From Eukaryota sp. GEM-RC1 (Eukaryota): a DNA stretch of 64,000 nt. Where the stretch lies: contig JAUFOQ010000003.1 of assembly GCA_040285855.1 (NCBI GenBank), forward strand, positions 1,860,001 through 1,924,000, read 5' to 3'. Shown one piece after another: positions 33,318 to 46,527 of this stretch. Under the pieces are notes generated by a model. It searched no databases and was not told where the DNA came from. It worked only from the letters and a program-made list of their open reading frames with translations. A program made the position numbers and the translations under genes. Position 1 is the first letter of the stretch, and each line of letters opens with the position of its first letter.

Positions 33318-35032
33318 TATATGGATGACATTTCTTTTATTGCTCCTATGTCAACTCTTCGTATTATTGCGAATCAGGCTGCTGATTTGTACGATGCTAT
33401 TGGACTTCAATTAAATGTGCAAAAATGTTTTTGATTGCCAAGGTACCTGTAACTTTAATTGTCAATTCTTTAGAGGTTCCCTTTGTGAACTATTTATCTT
33501 CAAGCTTTAGATTTCTAGGTTGTTATCTTGGTTCACATGACAACATTGTTAAAGATCTGAATGTATATTTGGATTCAATGCGAAAAGAATTAGATCAAAT
33601 TAAGGAATTACAATTGGAAAAACATCTCAAATTCTTTATGCTAAAAATTTGTTATTCAGGAAAAGTTACCCATCTGCTTCGATCTCTCCCCCCTGTACTT
33701 ACCTATAACTTCTGTAGAAGCTTTAACAAAATTCGTACTGACTTTCTTGCATTTTTGTTATCAGTGGATCCTGCTGCTTTGAACAATCACATCTTCCCAG
33801 ATCCTCATCTTGGTGTTATTGGTTTCACTTCGTCTAAATGGTGGACCAAATCTGCTTTCATTGGTGGTGGTAAGAATTTTGTCTTTGAGTTCTGTAGACG
33901 GTACCCAAGTCAAGAAAATCTTCTTGTTTCGACAAGTAGTTTTTTCTTGGTAAATTTGAGATCAGAATTGTCACTAATTTCACCTGACCTCTGGCAAACT
34001 TGTTTTCCAGCAGATATTTGTGAAATACCAGAACGATGTGTCACCTCGTTAAAATTTGCTCTTAAGAAACTCCAAAAAGACCTTTTAAAACATTTTGAAT
34101 GTCTGCATTTTAAAATTCGACTTGGCTCGGCCAAAGAAAAAAATCCAGCTTTCGCAAATTTTTTAATCGATTTAAAGGACAGTTCTTCAGTTGCTTTGAT
34201 TAACCAAATTCCTCAGATCTATGGTTTGTTGTTGAATGATCATCAATGGACTACAACATTCAGACTTCGATGTTTCTTGTGGCCCTCTAATTTACCCAAT
34301 GATCTTCAATGCAAATGTGGTAAATTAGTTACTTTTTCTCACCTTTTGAGTTGCAATCGTTTCATTACTTATAGAACTTGTATTCATGATGCTGTTAGAG
34401 ATCAAATTCATGCAATGTGTAAGTCCTACAAAATCGAATCTTTCGTTGAGCCACTGTTGAGATCACTGGAAATCAATAATTCAAAAAATAGTGATTCTGA
34501 TAAGACTTTTGGTAAACGAAGAGCTGATGTTATAGTTCCATCAGTTAATGATGAACTAACCGTTGTTGATGTGATTACTGTGGATGTTTGCAAAAAAAGT
34601 GCTTTCAAGGATGCTAAAAATGAAGTTTCTCCACTGAATTCTTCAGAACAGTACAAGAGAAACAAATATGATGAACCACTGACTGCTCTCAAACTTATTG
34701 GACATGTTGAGTACAAATTATGTCCTTTTGCGATTTCAATTTATGGTCGACTTGGTAGAGATGCTCTTTGTTTTCTCTCTGATTTTGAGAAAGTGGTCAA
34801 AAAAGAATGAACAAGAAATTTGATTTCAAATTTTGGTTGAATCGTATTGTTTTTACAATATTTAAAACAATTCCCATCATGATTTCAAAATCTCTATTAG
34901 CTCTCAGTGTTTTTTATGAAGAAAAAGCTGATGTGAGTTTTAATGGCAATGATTGTTGCTTTAATGATATTGAATTCTAGTATTTGTGTTTATTTTAATG
35001 TTTTTAATAAAGATAAACATCACCAAAAAAAA
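33318..35032 (+). mobile_element. 5'-truncated RLE-type non-LTR retrotransposon (RT C-terminus, zinc finger, RLE, 3' UTR)
   Basis: Begins at the RT motif YMDDISFIA (33318), then GLQLNVQKC and FRFLGCYLG, CKCGKLVTFSHLLSC, and RRADVIV...VVDVITVD...EQYKRNKY. The reading frame ends at ~34980, followed by AATAAA and a short A run. Confidence 0.88.
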
Positions 35033-35071
35033 TAATATTTATTTACCGAAAAGATGTTGGCTAACACACTA

Positions 35072-36602
35072 CACCGCTGACCTTAATTAATGACACTTTC
35101 CAAATTAATGTCACTTCACAATCAATGTCAGTGACAATCATTTAGGTTTGAGCAATTCTGAAAATAAGAGACATTAGTTACCAAGATCTTTCAGTGTTTG
35201 ATTTCTTCAACGCTAAGTCTCCATTTTTCTTAATGGCACTGAAAGTCAAGAAGAGATTATATATAACAACGATAATTCTACTAATACCTCAATAACACGG
35301 TTTTCGCCTGGTTGATATGCAGTTTTGATTTTACCAATTCGAATGAATCGTATCGCCTTACGATGTATATCCAGGTTAGATAATGGAACTACAGTAGACA
35401 GGAAGAACATTCAATTGTGTCATGAGATCGGAAACTATAAGGAGTTCTTTGATGACTGGTGTTTTCTTTATAAGTTGCTCGTCGAAAACAGAGTTGATTC
35501 AACAAATTCAGTGAAAATATTTTGGAACCTTTTTGAATTAATTGATTAAGGTCAGCGGCAGGCTTCACTAAAGTAGTCTAAAATTCAAAATTAAAGTAAA
35601 GTACTCTACTTTACTTTAAGCTCTCCTTTCCTTCAGCTAAAAAGTAACTTTAAGGTCAATAAAGTTTGACCTGATCTCAATCCTCTGACTCAGCGATGTA
35701 GTAGCTTCCAATATCTGTAAACTAAAGATTATGAGGCTTTAAATCAAACAAAATCTTCCTGACTTTTGAATTACTTCCAATGAAGATGATTCACTGATTT
35801 ATGGGATTCTGACGGTAATTTGATATTTGAAAAGCAACGTTAAGACGAAAACACGAAAACACACAAGATTATCTTATGACTAAATTTTCCAGTAGCAAAA
35901 TAATGGATGATCAGTTTTCGGCTTTGGATAATGCTGAAGATAACAAATGTCTTCGTAATTGTGCTTATATTTCTAAACTGAATTCACAAAGACAGAATGC
36001 TTTGGTGTTTCACTCATTCGGTCTTTCAATTTATGGGAATTTGGGTTCTGCAGCTCAAACCTGTTTGTCATCTTTTAATCAATTGTGTAGTGAATTTAGC
36101 AAGAAGTTTAACATTAATTTTTGGAGGGATCGTCTCGTTTTTTCTATATTTCGTTCAATGTTTCAGTATTTTGACAGAATTTTGAAGAAAGTCTTTGGCG
36201 TTCAAGACCAGGTCTTGGAATAGTATTGTTAATTTTGTTTACGTCTTTAGATTTTATGTATCTTTAAGAGATAAAAGATTTTGTTCCTTATAACTGATCT
36301 GTAAAACTCTACAGTTTATCCAGTATACCCATTTACTTTAAAATCATTTGGATCAGCTCATAAATCACGGTTAAAATGATCCGACTCAGAAGTTAAGACT
36401 AAAAAATAGATTGAGCTGAACGAACTTCTAATCCCAAACAATATCAACTTGTAGTTGTACTGTATTGCAGCATCAGCATAAACGAAAATTCAACTCTGAT
36501 GCTGAAGAAATCAAACACTGAAAGATGCTCCAAATTAATGTCACTGACGTTAACTCCGAAGTGAAAATACTTTGGAAGTGACGTGAATTAAGGTCAGGGG
36601 TG
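35072..36602. mobile_element. Non-autonomous Tc1/mariner/pogo-type composite element
   Basis: Imperfect ~28-bp TIRs, CACCGCTGACCTTAATTAATGACACTT versus the reverse complement of AAGTGACGTGAATTAAGGTCAGGGGTG, each flanked by TA. A third TIR copy is at ~35545-35558. Confidence 0.6.
35876..36223 (+). mobile_element. Short 3' fragment of an RLE-type non-LTR retrotransposon, nested in the Tc1-like element
   Basis: LDNAEDNK...FHSFGLSIYGNLGSAAQ...FWRDRLVFSIFR matches the C-termini of the other copies. Confidence 0.7.
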
Positions 36603-36716
36603 TAGACGACTCGGAATGTACAGGAAGTGATGTTTAACCTTGATTGTCAAAAGATATTTATACACAAAAATTAGACTTTTTAAAAAATCAAAGTCATACA
36701 GAAGAACGACACGTCA

Positions 36717-39700
36717 TCACGCCCAGGTAGGGGGTGGATGTACATGAGGAACCAAACGTTTATGAGCTTCCTCACGCAATTCATCGAAATGGAAAGTTTT
36801 AAGCCATGCCCAGAATTGGTCTTCTGTTATGAACATGAAATGAAAACTGCGTTCTCCTTCATGCATTTTAGCCAATTGAGCCCAATCCTGACGCCATTTA
36901 TCCAACAATGTATCAATAGCGGAAGAATCGCCCTTTTACCAGCCTTAATGAACTTTTTCGCCATTGCCTTGTCAGCTTTACCAGAAATACATGTGTAAAT
37001 AATTTCACAGTCAGCAGGGCGTTCATACTCAAGAAGAGGTGCACAAAGTTGAATCATCTTCATCTTTGTCTCAATAACAGGAAGACATGACGCAAAAACA
37101 GCCATGTCCCAAGGAGTGAACAGCATATTCTCCGTTCCATAAATTTCTTCTGCGACTGCCACGACACAGTGATTGATCCTCTCTGGGATCATACGGCAGT
37201 ACATGTAGAGATGAGGTCTGGGTCTGAAGAAAGTAGCGGCTTTGAGTAAGGAAGCAACATCATCCTTTTCAGTAGGGAATTGTTTGAGAAGCTTCTCAAA
37301 ATCATTAACGCAAATCACAGGATGAGCTACAGAAGCTGCCCATGAACTTAAAATGCTTAACTTTTCCTTGTGATAAACAGCTTCCTCAATAGCTTTGAAA
37401 AGCTCATCAAGGGTAGGTACATGGACTCTCTTTCGTTGTCCAGGAACTGTTCGTTCATGAGATTGAATAAGCTGCATTGCAATATCCTCTTTTTCATAGA
37501 AATAGAAACTGCATAGTCGTTGGCAATCAGAAAAATTTTGATAGACTAGTTTTTCAGCACAAACTTCGATAGTTCTTAGCTTTTCATCAATTGCAGTATG
37601 TCCTAGACGTTCAAAAAGATTCCACAAGATCTTAACATCAACAGACTCTGTATGCTTAATCAACAGCTCAATGGCCCTCAAAGATCTCCATCTTCACCAC
37701 CAGTGAAGAAGGACAATAGGATGAGGAAGGTTTCAGATGTTAAAAAGACTTCTGAAACTGAAGAAAGATGTGCGGCAAGGCTGCTGAACTTTTCAGATTC
37801 TGTTGCACCAACAGTGACAAACTTACTAATCAATTCAGGAACAAATTCAGATTGTCCAATAGACTGATGAACCTTTTGATGTTGCTCTATTTGGAAAGTA
37901 GGATCTTGATTGCCTCTCAATGATTCAAGAACTGAACGAACTTTCTCTCTGTCAGTTGGAGTTTTGAACATTCTGATGATTTCTTCCAACTGCCACAATG
38001 TTTGGAATTCCATCTTTTCAGCAACTACAAGCAGAGCATCCCGTCTACATTGAAGATTTTCAAAAAAATTCAATAATTGCTTCACTAGTTCAATAGAAAG
38101 AGGTGCTGGAATCAATTCGTATACCAGTTTCAATACCGGAAGTCTGCTGCATAGCTTGACTTCTCCTTCCTTATCATCTTCGAAATCCTTTAATAATTCA
38201 ACGGCTTCTTCAATTGTAAAGCTGGGATTTGGTACTGAGGCTAACCAAGACTTTAGAACGTTATATCTTTCCAGGAAACTGACAGACTTTGGTACTGGAA
38301 GCGGATCATATCTTTCATAATAAGACCTCGTATCAGGAATTTCATGTCCAATAGCTTCTAAAAGCATTGCCATTGTAGGATATCCAGTGTCATTACTTGC
38401 ATTAACACGGGTTGCATTGTGGGAATTAATTATTTTTCTAGCCATTAGTTTAGTTTTACCACTAGACATTTGATAGTAAAGATCCTCACAATCAAAAGGT
38501 ACGTTATAGACTAGCTTGGGCGCACAAAGCTCGACAACCTTAACCTCACCGTCTTCACCAAAGGAGCGAACTAGATCTGTGACATCAGAAACAGCAAAGG
38601 AAGAAACATATGAAGATAGCACTTCCAAGGCTGTCATTCGATTGTCTTTGTAATTAAAAGTACCAAGAAGTCCCTTGAATTCTTGAGCTGTTAAAACAAT
38701 GTTAGTAGCAGTAAAAACATCGGAATTGATGATACGATGTTTGTCAACACCTTGAGAACATCGGTCGATCCTTTTAATCAAATCAGGGATATTTGGTTCA
38801 CCCTCCTTAAACTCTCCTTGTTCTTTAACTGACAAAGACTCAATGATAGAATGGGCAGCTTCCTTGTCGGTGGTAGAAGGAAACACTTTGTGAAGTACTT
38901 CCAGATCAGAATCGAAATGATAGACCAACTTGTGAGCAACAATAGATAATGCTTTAGGTCTAGCAGTTTGGTAAGGAAATACTTTGATCAACTCAAGCAC
39001 TTGTTCTACATTATATGATTCAGTAAAGTTAGAAATTAATGGTAATACTTCAAGGCGTTCTTCATCTGACTTGTAGCTTTTAACAATCTTGTTTACCTCC
39101 TCGTGGCTAAACAATGGGTTGGAAACTGAAGCCAACCATGAACGTAGAACCCTGATCTTATCAGAATCAGGCGCAGAACCAATACCTTGTAGTAGCATCA
39201 GGGTGGTAGGAACTGAAGACTCAACAGAGGGATCGATTGGAATAGCAGCAATGAGTTCTCGTACCAAAGCTTTCTTATCAGTTGGGAAAATCTTGTAAAT
39301 TGGTTCACAGTCCCAAGCTAGAGCATAAGCAAACTTCTGTGAACAAACTTCGAATACCTTCATCGGAGGAGATGAAAATGATTTCAATAAAGCAATCAGT
39401 TGCAGAGGATTTAGTGGTTCGAAGAAGTTTGAAATTTGATCTAATACTTCGAGGCGTTCTTCGTCTGATTTGAAGCTTTTAATAATCTTGTTTACCTCCT
39501 CATGGCTAAAGATTGGATTTGAAACTGAAGCCATCCATGAATTAAAAACTCTGATCTTATCAGAATCAGGTGCAGAACCAATACCTTGAAGTAGCATCAG
39601 GGTGGTAGGAACTGAGCAATCTAATGACTGATCGCTTTCAATAGAAGCAAGGAGATCTCTTGCCAAAGCTTTTTTTATCAGCAGGGAAAATCTTGAAAAT

Positions 39701-42366
39701 TGGTTCGAGAACCCAAGGAAGAGCGAACATTAATTTAGAAGAACATTCTTCAAACACCGTCATTGGTATACTTAAAAATGATTTCAGTAAAGCAATCAAT
39801 TGCAGAGGAGTAAGTGATTCCATAAAGTTTGAAATTTGTCGCCATACTTCGAGGCGTTGCTCGTCTGACTTGTAGTTTTTAATAATCTTGGTTAATTCAT
39901 CAGGACTAAAGACTGGATTTGAGACTGATGCCAACCATGAACGTAGAATATTCATTCTTTCTAGGTCTGGTACTGTAACTGCGGAAGCTTTGATTAACAT
40001 ATCATTGGTAGGAACTGAAGACTCAACTGAAAAGGTAGTTTGAACAGATGCAATGAGTTCCCTTGCTAAGGCTTTCTTATCAGCTGGGAAAATTTTGAAA
40101 ATTGGTTCACAATCCCAAGGTAGAGCATAAGCAAGCTTAGGTAGACAAGCTTCCAGCATCTTCATTTTCCCATCAACATCGGGCATTTTGGAAACGAGAG
40201 AAGTAACAGTAAGAACATCAAATGATGGAACATGACGAGACAAAGTTTCAACTGCAGTTAAACGATCACTTGCATTGGAGAAAGTTGCGGTAATAGTTTC
40301 AGCTTCTTTTACTGTCAAATTAATATTCATACCTGAGAAAAGTTCAGATTCAAGAACTTCCAATTTTTCAGGAACTGTTTTCACCACCTTAATCTTCTTC
40401 ATTAAATCAGCAACATTAAAGTCGACAAATTGAAGTGGAGGAGCAGTTTGATGAATAACTTGAGGTTGAGGAGCAGCGTGTTGGACCACTTCAGGTTGAG
40501 GAGCAGTTTGATGAATAACTTGAGGTTGAGGAGCAGCGTGTTGGACCACTTCAGGTTGAGGAGCAGTTTGATGAATAACTTGAGGTTGAGGAGCAGCGTG
40601 TTGGACAACTTCAGGTTGAGGAGCAGTTTGATGAATAGCTTGAGGTTGAGGAGCGTGTTGGACAACTTCAGGCTCTGGAGCGGTTTGATGAATAGCTTGA
40701 GGTTGAGGAGCGTGTTGGACAACTTCAGGCTCTGGAGCTGCTTCTTGTTCTAAAGGCTTTTCTTCTTCTACCTTTGATTCCAACATTGATCGAACAGATT
40801 GTTTTTCCTCAACTCCAAAAAACAATTTAAGAAGAGGTTCTAATTCAGAATCACTTTCATAAACCAACTTGTGAGCAATAGAAGATAACGCAGTTGATCT
40901 ATTTCCAGCATTTGAAATTTTGTTCATTAAAGCTACCATTTGCACCACAGTGAAAGAGTCAGAAACGTTGGAACACTCTTCCAACACTTGAAGGCGCCCA
41001 TCATCAAAATTGAAGCTATTGACAATCTTAGTAACCTCCAAAGGGCTAAGCTTTGGATTGGGCACTGAAACCAACCATGACCTTAGGATATTGATCTTCT
41101 CGTTAATTGGTGCTGAAATTGCGAAAGCTTTGAGCAACATTTCGTTGGTAGGAATTGAACCAGACTGGTTAACTTGATCGGGATTTCTACTAGAAGCAAT
41201 CATTTCTCTAGCCAAAGTCTTCTGATCTGAGTCACGAAGATACCTGAATATCTGTTCACAATCCCAAGGTAAATCGTAAACTAACTTAGGTAAACAAAGT
41301 TCGATCACCTTGATAGAGTTTCCTGAAAACTTGGTCAACAAAGCGACTAATTGCTGAGGATTTAGGGGTTCCATGAAGTTCGAGATCAGTGCCAATGCTT
41401 CAAGCATTTTTTCGTCTGTATTGAACTGATTTACAATCTTAGTACACTCAGCAGGAGTAAGCTTCATATTGGGAACAGATGCCACCCACGAACGTAGAGT
41501 GTTGAGCTTGTCTAAATTAGAGTGAACGAAGCCTTTATACAACAGTTCAATGGTAGGAATTGAAGGGTCTGAATGAGTAGGTTTGCCCATTCCGATGGAA
41601 GCAACGAGTTCTCGTGCCGTGTTCCTGTATTCTTGTGATTGGAGCATTCTGTAAATTGCTTCACAGTCCCAAGGAAGATTATACCCTAAATTAGGTAAAC
41701 AAGCTTGAAACATCTCCATTTTTCCATCAACGTTAGAGACATCGGCCATGATAGAAGTAACAGAAGGAACATCAAATGATTGAACAGGGCGAGACAATAT
41801 TTCAATGGCGGCGACACGATCATCAGATTTGGAGAAATGTGCAACAATGGAGAAAAAATCTTTCTGATTTAGTATGACATTGGTAAGAGGAGAAAGTTCT
41901 GTTTCAAGAAGACTCAATTTTTCAGCAGCTGTTTTGCCAGTCTTCATCTTTTTGATTAGATCAGGCCAGTTAACATCTTGGACTTTTGGTTGATCGGCAA
42001 CTTGTTCGTCAATTTCAGGTTGGCAATGAGCACCACAAGATAGAAATACAGCAACCCACGCATCCTTGTCTTCAGCAGAATCGGCAGCAAGAATCCAGTG
42101 TGTATTAGACATATCTCGAAGTTCAAATTGGAACGGCTGTTGTGTTTCGTGAGGAGATACGATGACAGAGAGACCTTTGCAAACAATGCTTCCGTTGGGA
42201 TTGGCTCCCGGAGTTTGAAAAGCTTCAGCACTGTCCCAGAAATCAACATTAGAACCGGATGGGATGACAAAGTACTTACGATCCCACTAGGATTAGATCA
42301 AAGGAAGTAACATACTGTAAGGGATACATCACGCTTGTTCAAGAAACCTTCGTGAAGGGATGGCAT
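36717..42366 (-). CDS. PH domain + multiple DUF4476-like helical repeats, ~1870 aa (1 intron, 3 homopolymer frameshifts)
   Basis: ATG 42366 gives MPSLHEGFLNKR...; intron 42287-42315 (29 nt, GTATGT...CTAATCCTAG); then WDRKYFVI...ILAADSAEDKDAW (PH domain). About a dozen ~95-aa repeats of the FxxDxxRLxxL...WDCExIxxxF type follow. ORFs 39638-42112, 37678-39666, 36827-37681 and 36717-36908 join by +/-1 nt. Confidence 0.75.
40441..40740. repeat. Coding minisatellite, ~5 units of 57-60 bp (PQPEVVQHAAPQPQVIHQTA)
   Basis: GAGCAGTTTGATGAATA... recurs at 40441, 40501, 40561 and 40621, with a shorter variant after. Confidence 0.95.
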
Positions 42367-43108
42367 TAAAACTGATGTGATGAGACTGAAAGATGTGCTC
42401 TTTTTTTGTTAAAGACAGTCGTGACTACTGTTGCCAGACTTAAAACACGTGTGAACATGGACACCACAAAAATTGATTGTGCCAACAAAAGACTGAACTG
42501 TAAAACCGAGACACTACACTGTGTCTATCTACAAAGCTATCCATGTGCATCTAGAAAGATGTACATGATGAACATTTTCCCCACAACTTACCCCCATATA
42601 CATGTATTCAAGACTTTCATCGGCTAGACAATCTTTCCTGTGTGAAGTATCAATCAATCGTAGCACTGTAGTTTTGCTCATGTTCTAATGCATCACACTG
42701 ATTCAATCAAGCTATTAGAGAACAATACTCCATCTTAGAGAACACATGGCATAAAGATCACACACCACATCCACTTCTTTCTGTGTTCTCGTTCAATTCA
42801 GTATCAACCCATTGTTTCCCTTTGATATTCCCTATTCCAGCCTCTTTCAATTTCCAAGTCGTTATTTCCATTTTGATATCGATGCGTTTTCTTTCACAGA
42901 AATAAACGTTCAAATTGGTCTGAAGATCTTTTTCAGTTTTAAGGTTCTATCTCAGCCTACGACTCTATAACGTTAGCCTATATTAGGCTGACTAATTTAT
43001 TAAAATCCCCATTTAATACACATCAATCTGGTCCACCAACCTTTTTGGTTGTATTTTAGGTAAAAAGTTTTCAATACCTGTAGTCTCCGACCTTCACAGT
43101 AACAGATC

Positions 43109-43283
43109 CAGGGGTGTGAAAACAATATTACAATAAATATCAATGTATTTTAGGCGCAAAACAAGCATTGCAATTCTGAAACCAGATGTAAAAAAATATA
43201 TTGTTCAAAATACGGGAATAATTATTGGACAAATATTCATTGCAATATTGCAAAAGAAAACCAATATTGTTTTCACACCCCTG
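43109..43283. mobile_element. hAT-type MITE, 175 bp
   Basis: Perfect 21-bp TIR CAGGGGTGTGAAAACAATATT. The flanks AACAGATC and AATGGATC are a 6/8 match to an 8-bp TSD. Confidence 0.8.
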
Positions 43284-43566
43284 AATGGATCCCACAATGG
43301 TATATTTGAAATTTAATTGATATTGTATTTCTGTGCATTTCTGTATCCCCCTTAGAAACCAGATCATTCTTTTGCTTGTGGATATCATGTCAGATGGACA
43401 AAATTGATTGTACATGGACTACTGCCAATCCTTGTAAATCGCTAATACTGAAGATTCTTCAGTATGTCTTTCACTGTATCTTGTTTAGGAGACCAATTAT
43501 ATAATTGTTCAGTGCTGGATGGCTAGATCTATATGTGTGACAAACGAAATTTCTTATACTAGTACT

Positions 43567-44561
43567 CAGGGGTTTGAAATATGGCATGGGCCATATTATG
43601 GATTGTGTCCAAATCATTTGCCGCCATAATGGCCATAATCAATTACGCTTCCCATACTTATGGCCATTATGGACCCCATAACAACAACAACAATACAGCT
43701 TTATTTTTAATACAAAATAACAAGGAATCACACCTTATATAACATATCTGAAGCTCCAATCTATAATAACCTCTTCTTCATCATTGTCATCTCTCAAAAT
43801 GAATAAAACAGTTTCCTGATCCCACTGGTCTTTGTGAATCAATAAAACAAAAGCTGCCTTTCAAGATTTGCATTAGTTAGAGAAGAACCATAGCAAAACC
43901 ATTAGCTGTCGCGCACGACTGAAGAGTCGTTCCACTGGTTTGGGTATACTGTCACCTGTTGAAATGGGAAACACTGACTTCTCACTTCCTTCTACACAAC
44001 TTACAATAATTAGTGTAAGTGAAACTAATTGTTGCAAAAACTGATGGGAAATACTTTTGGCTACAAATAGTGTAACTTTCGAAAAACTGTGTAGTTTGTT
44101 CTTCGTATTTGCTATATTCTCGACCAACTGAATCACTGGCTTTTACCTCTTGACCTTCTTCTACTGAGGCCCAAACTTGACGACGATCAGTAACTTGGTC
44201 AAGACTCGGTATTCGAGCCTTCTGTTTTGGGGGAGGTTGGATAGTGTGTTAAGATAATTAACTGACAACAATAATACAACAATGTATTTCCACTCAATCT
44301 AGTAAAATTGATCAACAGTTTTTGTCAAGGAATATATTTTATAAGTTTTACCGAACACAGAACCCTAAAATCCACTGTTTAAATGTATTTATTACTACTG
44401 TTTCCACATAAGTTGGTCAATTGAAATATAGAAATTATGGACTCCCATATATGGCCATGATATGGGACGACTAGCCATAATTGATTTTGACGTTCCATAC
44501 TTATGGTATGGCCATTATGGGGAATTATGGATATGGGTCCATGCCATATTTCAAACCCCTG
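43567..44561 (-). mobile_element. Non-autonomous hAT element, 995 bp, with transposase C-terminal remnant
   Basis: Perfect 23-bp TIR CAGGGGTTTGAAATATGGCATGG, perfect 8-bp TSD CTAGTACT, and an internal VERLFSRA hATC motif on the minus strand. Confidence 0.92.
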
Positions 44562-45414
44562 CTAGTACTAGTACGTGTGACAAAATGGCCCACTTTTTCT
44601 TATACGTGTGACAACTACAATGTACATAGCAATGGTTCTCAACCTTCTACATGTTACTCTTTTCGCAACAACTTCTTGTAATGATACATCAGCAGTGGAC
44701 ATAAAACTTGTCAACAATGACTTGTTTGACCTCTTTGAAGAAGACTTTCTTCTTTTGTACTAAATGACCTTAGGTTTCTTAGCTCAATGACCTCCATTGG
44801 AATCTTAAGATAAAAGATCTCCTTGAGTGTTCTCATTGGTGTAGAACAGTCAGGCCTCTGTTGTAAACACAAACTTGTTGATCTTATCTCCATTGGCTCG
44901 GAGACTGCTGTAAGCGTCTTTTATGTGTGGTCAAATCGAGACACTCTTTCTTTATTGAATCATATTCAACAGGTGGGTTCTATACACCCCAGCAGCAAAC
45001 AAAGCCTCTTAATCTCGTTTGTAACATGATCACGTGATCTTTTACAAAGCCTGACTTTCATTGATTTCCCTTCCAATGTGATGAGTGTGTAACTCCTCTT
45101 TTAACTCAATTTTGTGTTTTCAAGAGATTCCCCTCTTATGTACAACTTCTGTGCTTTGACTTAATCACAACAAAGCTAACACGACTGTTTCACACTTAAT
45201 ATGTATTGCTCCTTCTTAACTATAAAGATGTTCTTTATGTTGATAAAATTCATGATCGAAAGTCAAATTCTGTCACACGTATAGCCGTTTTCATGTTGGA
45301 TGTACTGAAAAGTGAAATTCAATGTTTGTTCCTGGGTGAAACCCGGTCACCCCTGGGTCATTTTGACTTAAACATCAACTTTTGCACATATATGACACAC
45401 AATCTCTTCAACAC

Positions 45415-46527
45415 ATGGGACATTCACATAATGATGATGCAAATACGCGCAAGTCCAGAGCGCTCATCATTATGATGTGTCTTATAGGCTCCTACTTCTT
45501 TGTTGAAATCATAGTTGGTATAATTATCAACTCTCTCGCCCTTATATCTGATGCTCTTCATAGTTTAAGTGACATGGTTGCACTGGCCGTTGGTCTAATC
45601 TGTGTCCGAATGGCTAAGAAGGAACCATGTGCAAAGTTTACGTATGGTCTTCACCGTGCTGAAGTTCTCGGTGGACTCATCAACGGCGTCTTGCTCTTAA
45701 TCATCGTGGTCTACATTTTCTTTGAAGGTATCCACCGAATGATTGAGCTTGAACAAGTTGAGAACCCCCTTGTTATGACCATCACATCAGCCATTGGACT
45801 ATGTCTCAACCTCATTGGTCTATGGCTGTTCGGTCATGATCATCATTCCCATGATTGTGGTCATTCTCACAAACATGAAACTGAAGCAAAAAATCCCGTA
45901 CATGATCATTCTCATGACCATGATGAATGTCATGGTCACGACCATCACCATGACCATTCCAAGAAGGAAGAACATCAACAAGATGTCAATATGCGTGGAG
46001 TTTTTCTTCACATTCTAGGAGATGCTCTGGGTTCTGTTGCTGTACTTCTCTCAGGTCTCTTCATTCACTTTACAGATAGTGAATATGCACATTTAGCTGA
46101 TCCTATTGCCTCTATGCTGTTTGCAATCATCATTTTTATTGCGTCCAGTCCTCTCGTGCTCAAGTGTCTTCGAATTCTTGTGCAGTCCACCCCGCCACAC
46201 ATCAATGCTGAGTCTCTCACGGAATCTATAATCAAAATACCTGGAATTCTCGGAGTTCATGACTTTCATATCTGGCAGTTATCATCTCAGAAGATTATTG
46301 CTACGTGTCACATAGATGTGTCTTCAAGTAAGGTTCCGGAATACCGTAGAATTTCTTCGTTAATTGTATCGCTACTTCACGAAGCAGGAGTTCATGAAAC
46401 TACTGTGCAGCCGTGTTTTGTAGATGATTCATCCATGCGGTCATCGCCCTTCAATACCTGTCCTTCAGATACTTGTGGTTCTTGTAAAACAGTAGAAGAA
46501 GAGACGGTAGACGTTGTTGTGGATTAG
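45415..46527 (+). CDS. Cation diffusion facilitator (ZnT/SLC30) zinc transporter
   Basis: SLALISDALHSLSD, TYGLHRAEVLGGLING, a His-rich loop, VNMRGVFLHILGDALGS and VHDFHIWQL. Confidence 0.95.
   Translation: MGHSHNDDANTRKSRALIIMMCLIGSYFFVEIIVGIIINSLALISDALHSLSDMVALAVGLICVRMAKKEPCAKFTYGLHRAEVLGGLINGVLLLIIVVYIFFEGIHRMIELEQVENPLVMTITSAIGLCLNLIGLWLFGHDHHSHDCGHSHKHETEAKNPVHDHSHDHDECHGHDHHHDHSKKEEHQQDVNMRGVFLHILGDALGSVAVLLSGLFIHFTDSEYAHLADPIASMLFAIIIFIASSPLVLKCLRILVQSTPPHINAESLTESIIKIPGILGVHDFHIWQLSSQKIIATCHIDVSSSKVPEYRRISSLIVSLLHEAGVHETTVQPCFVDDSSMRSSPFNTCPSDTCGSCKTVEEETVDVVVD

Noticed and set aside
40402..40753. Repetitive 106-107 aa ORFs
   Set aside because: Alternative-frame and antisense readings of the coding minisatellite.
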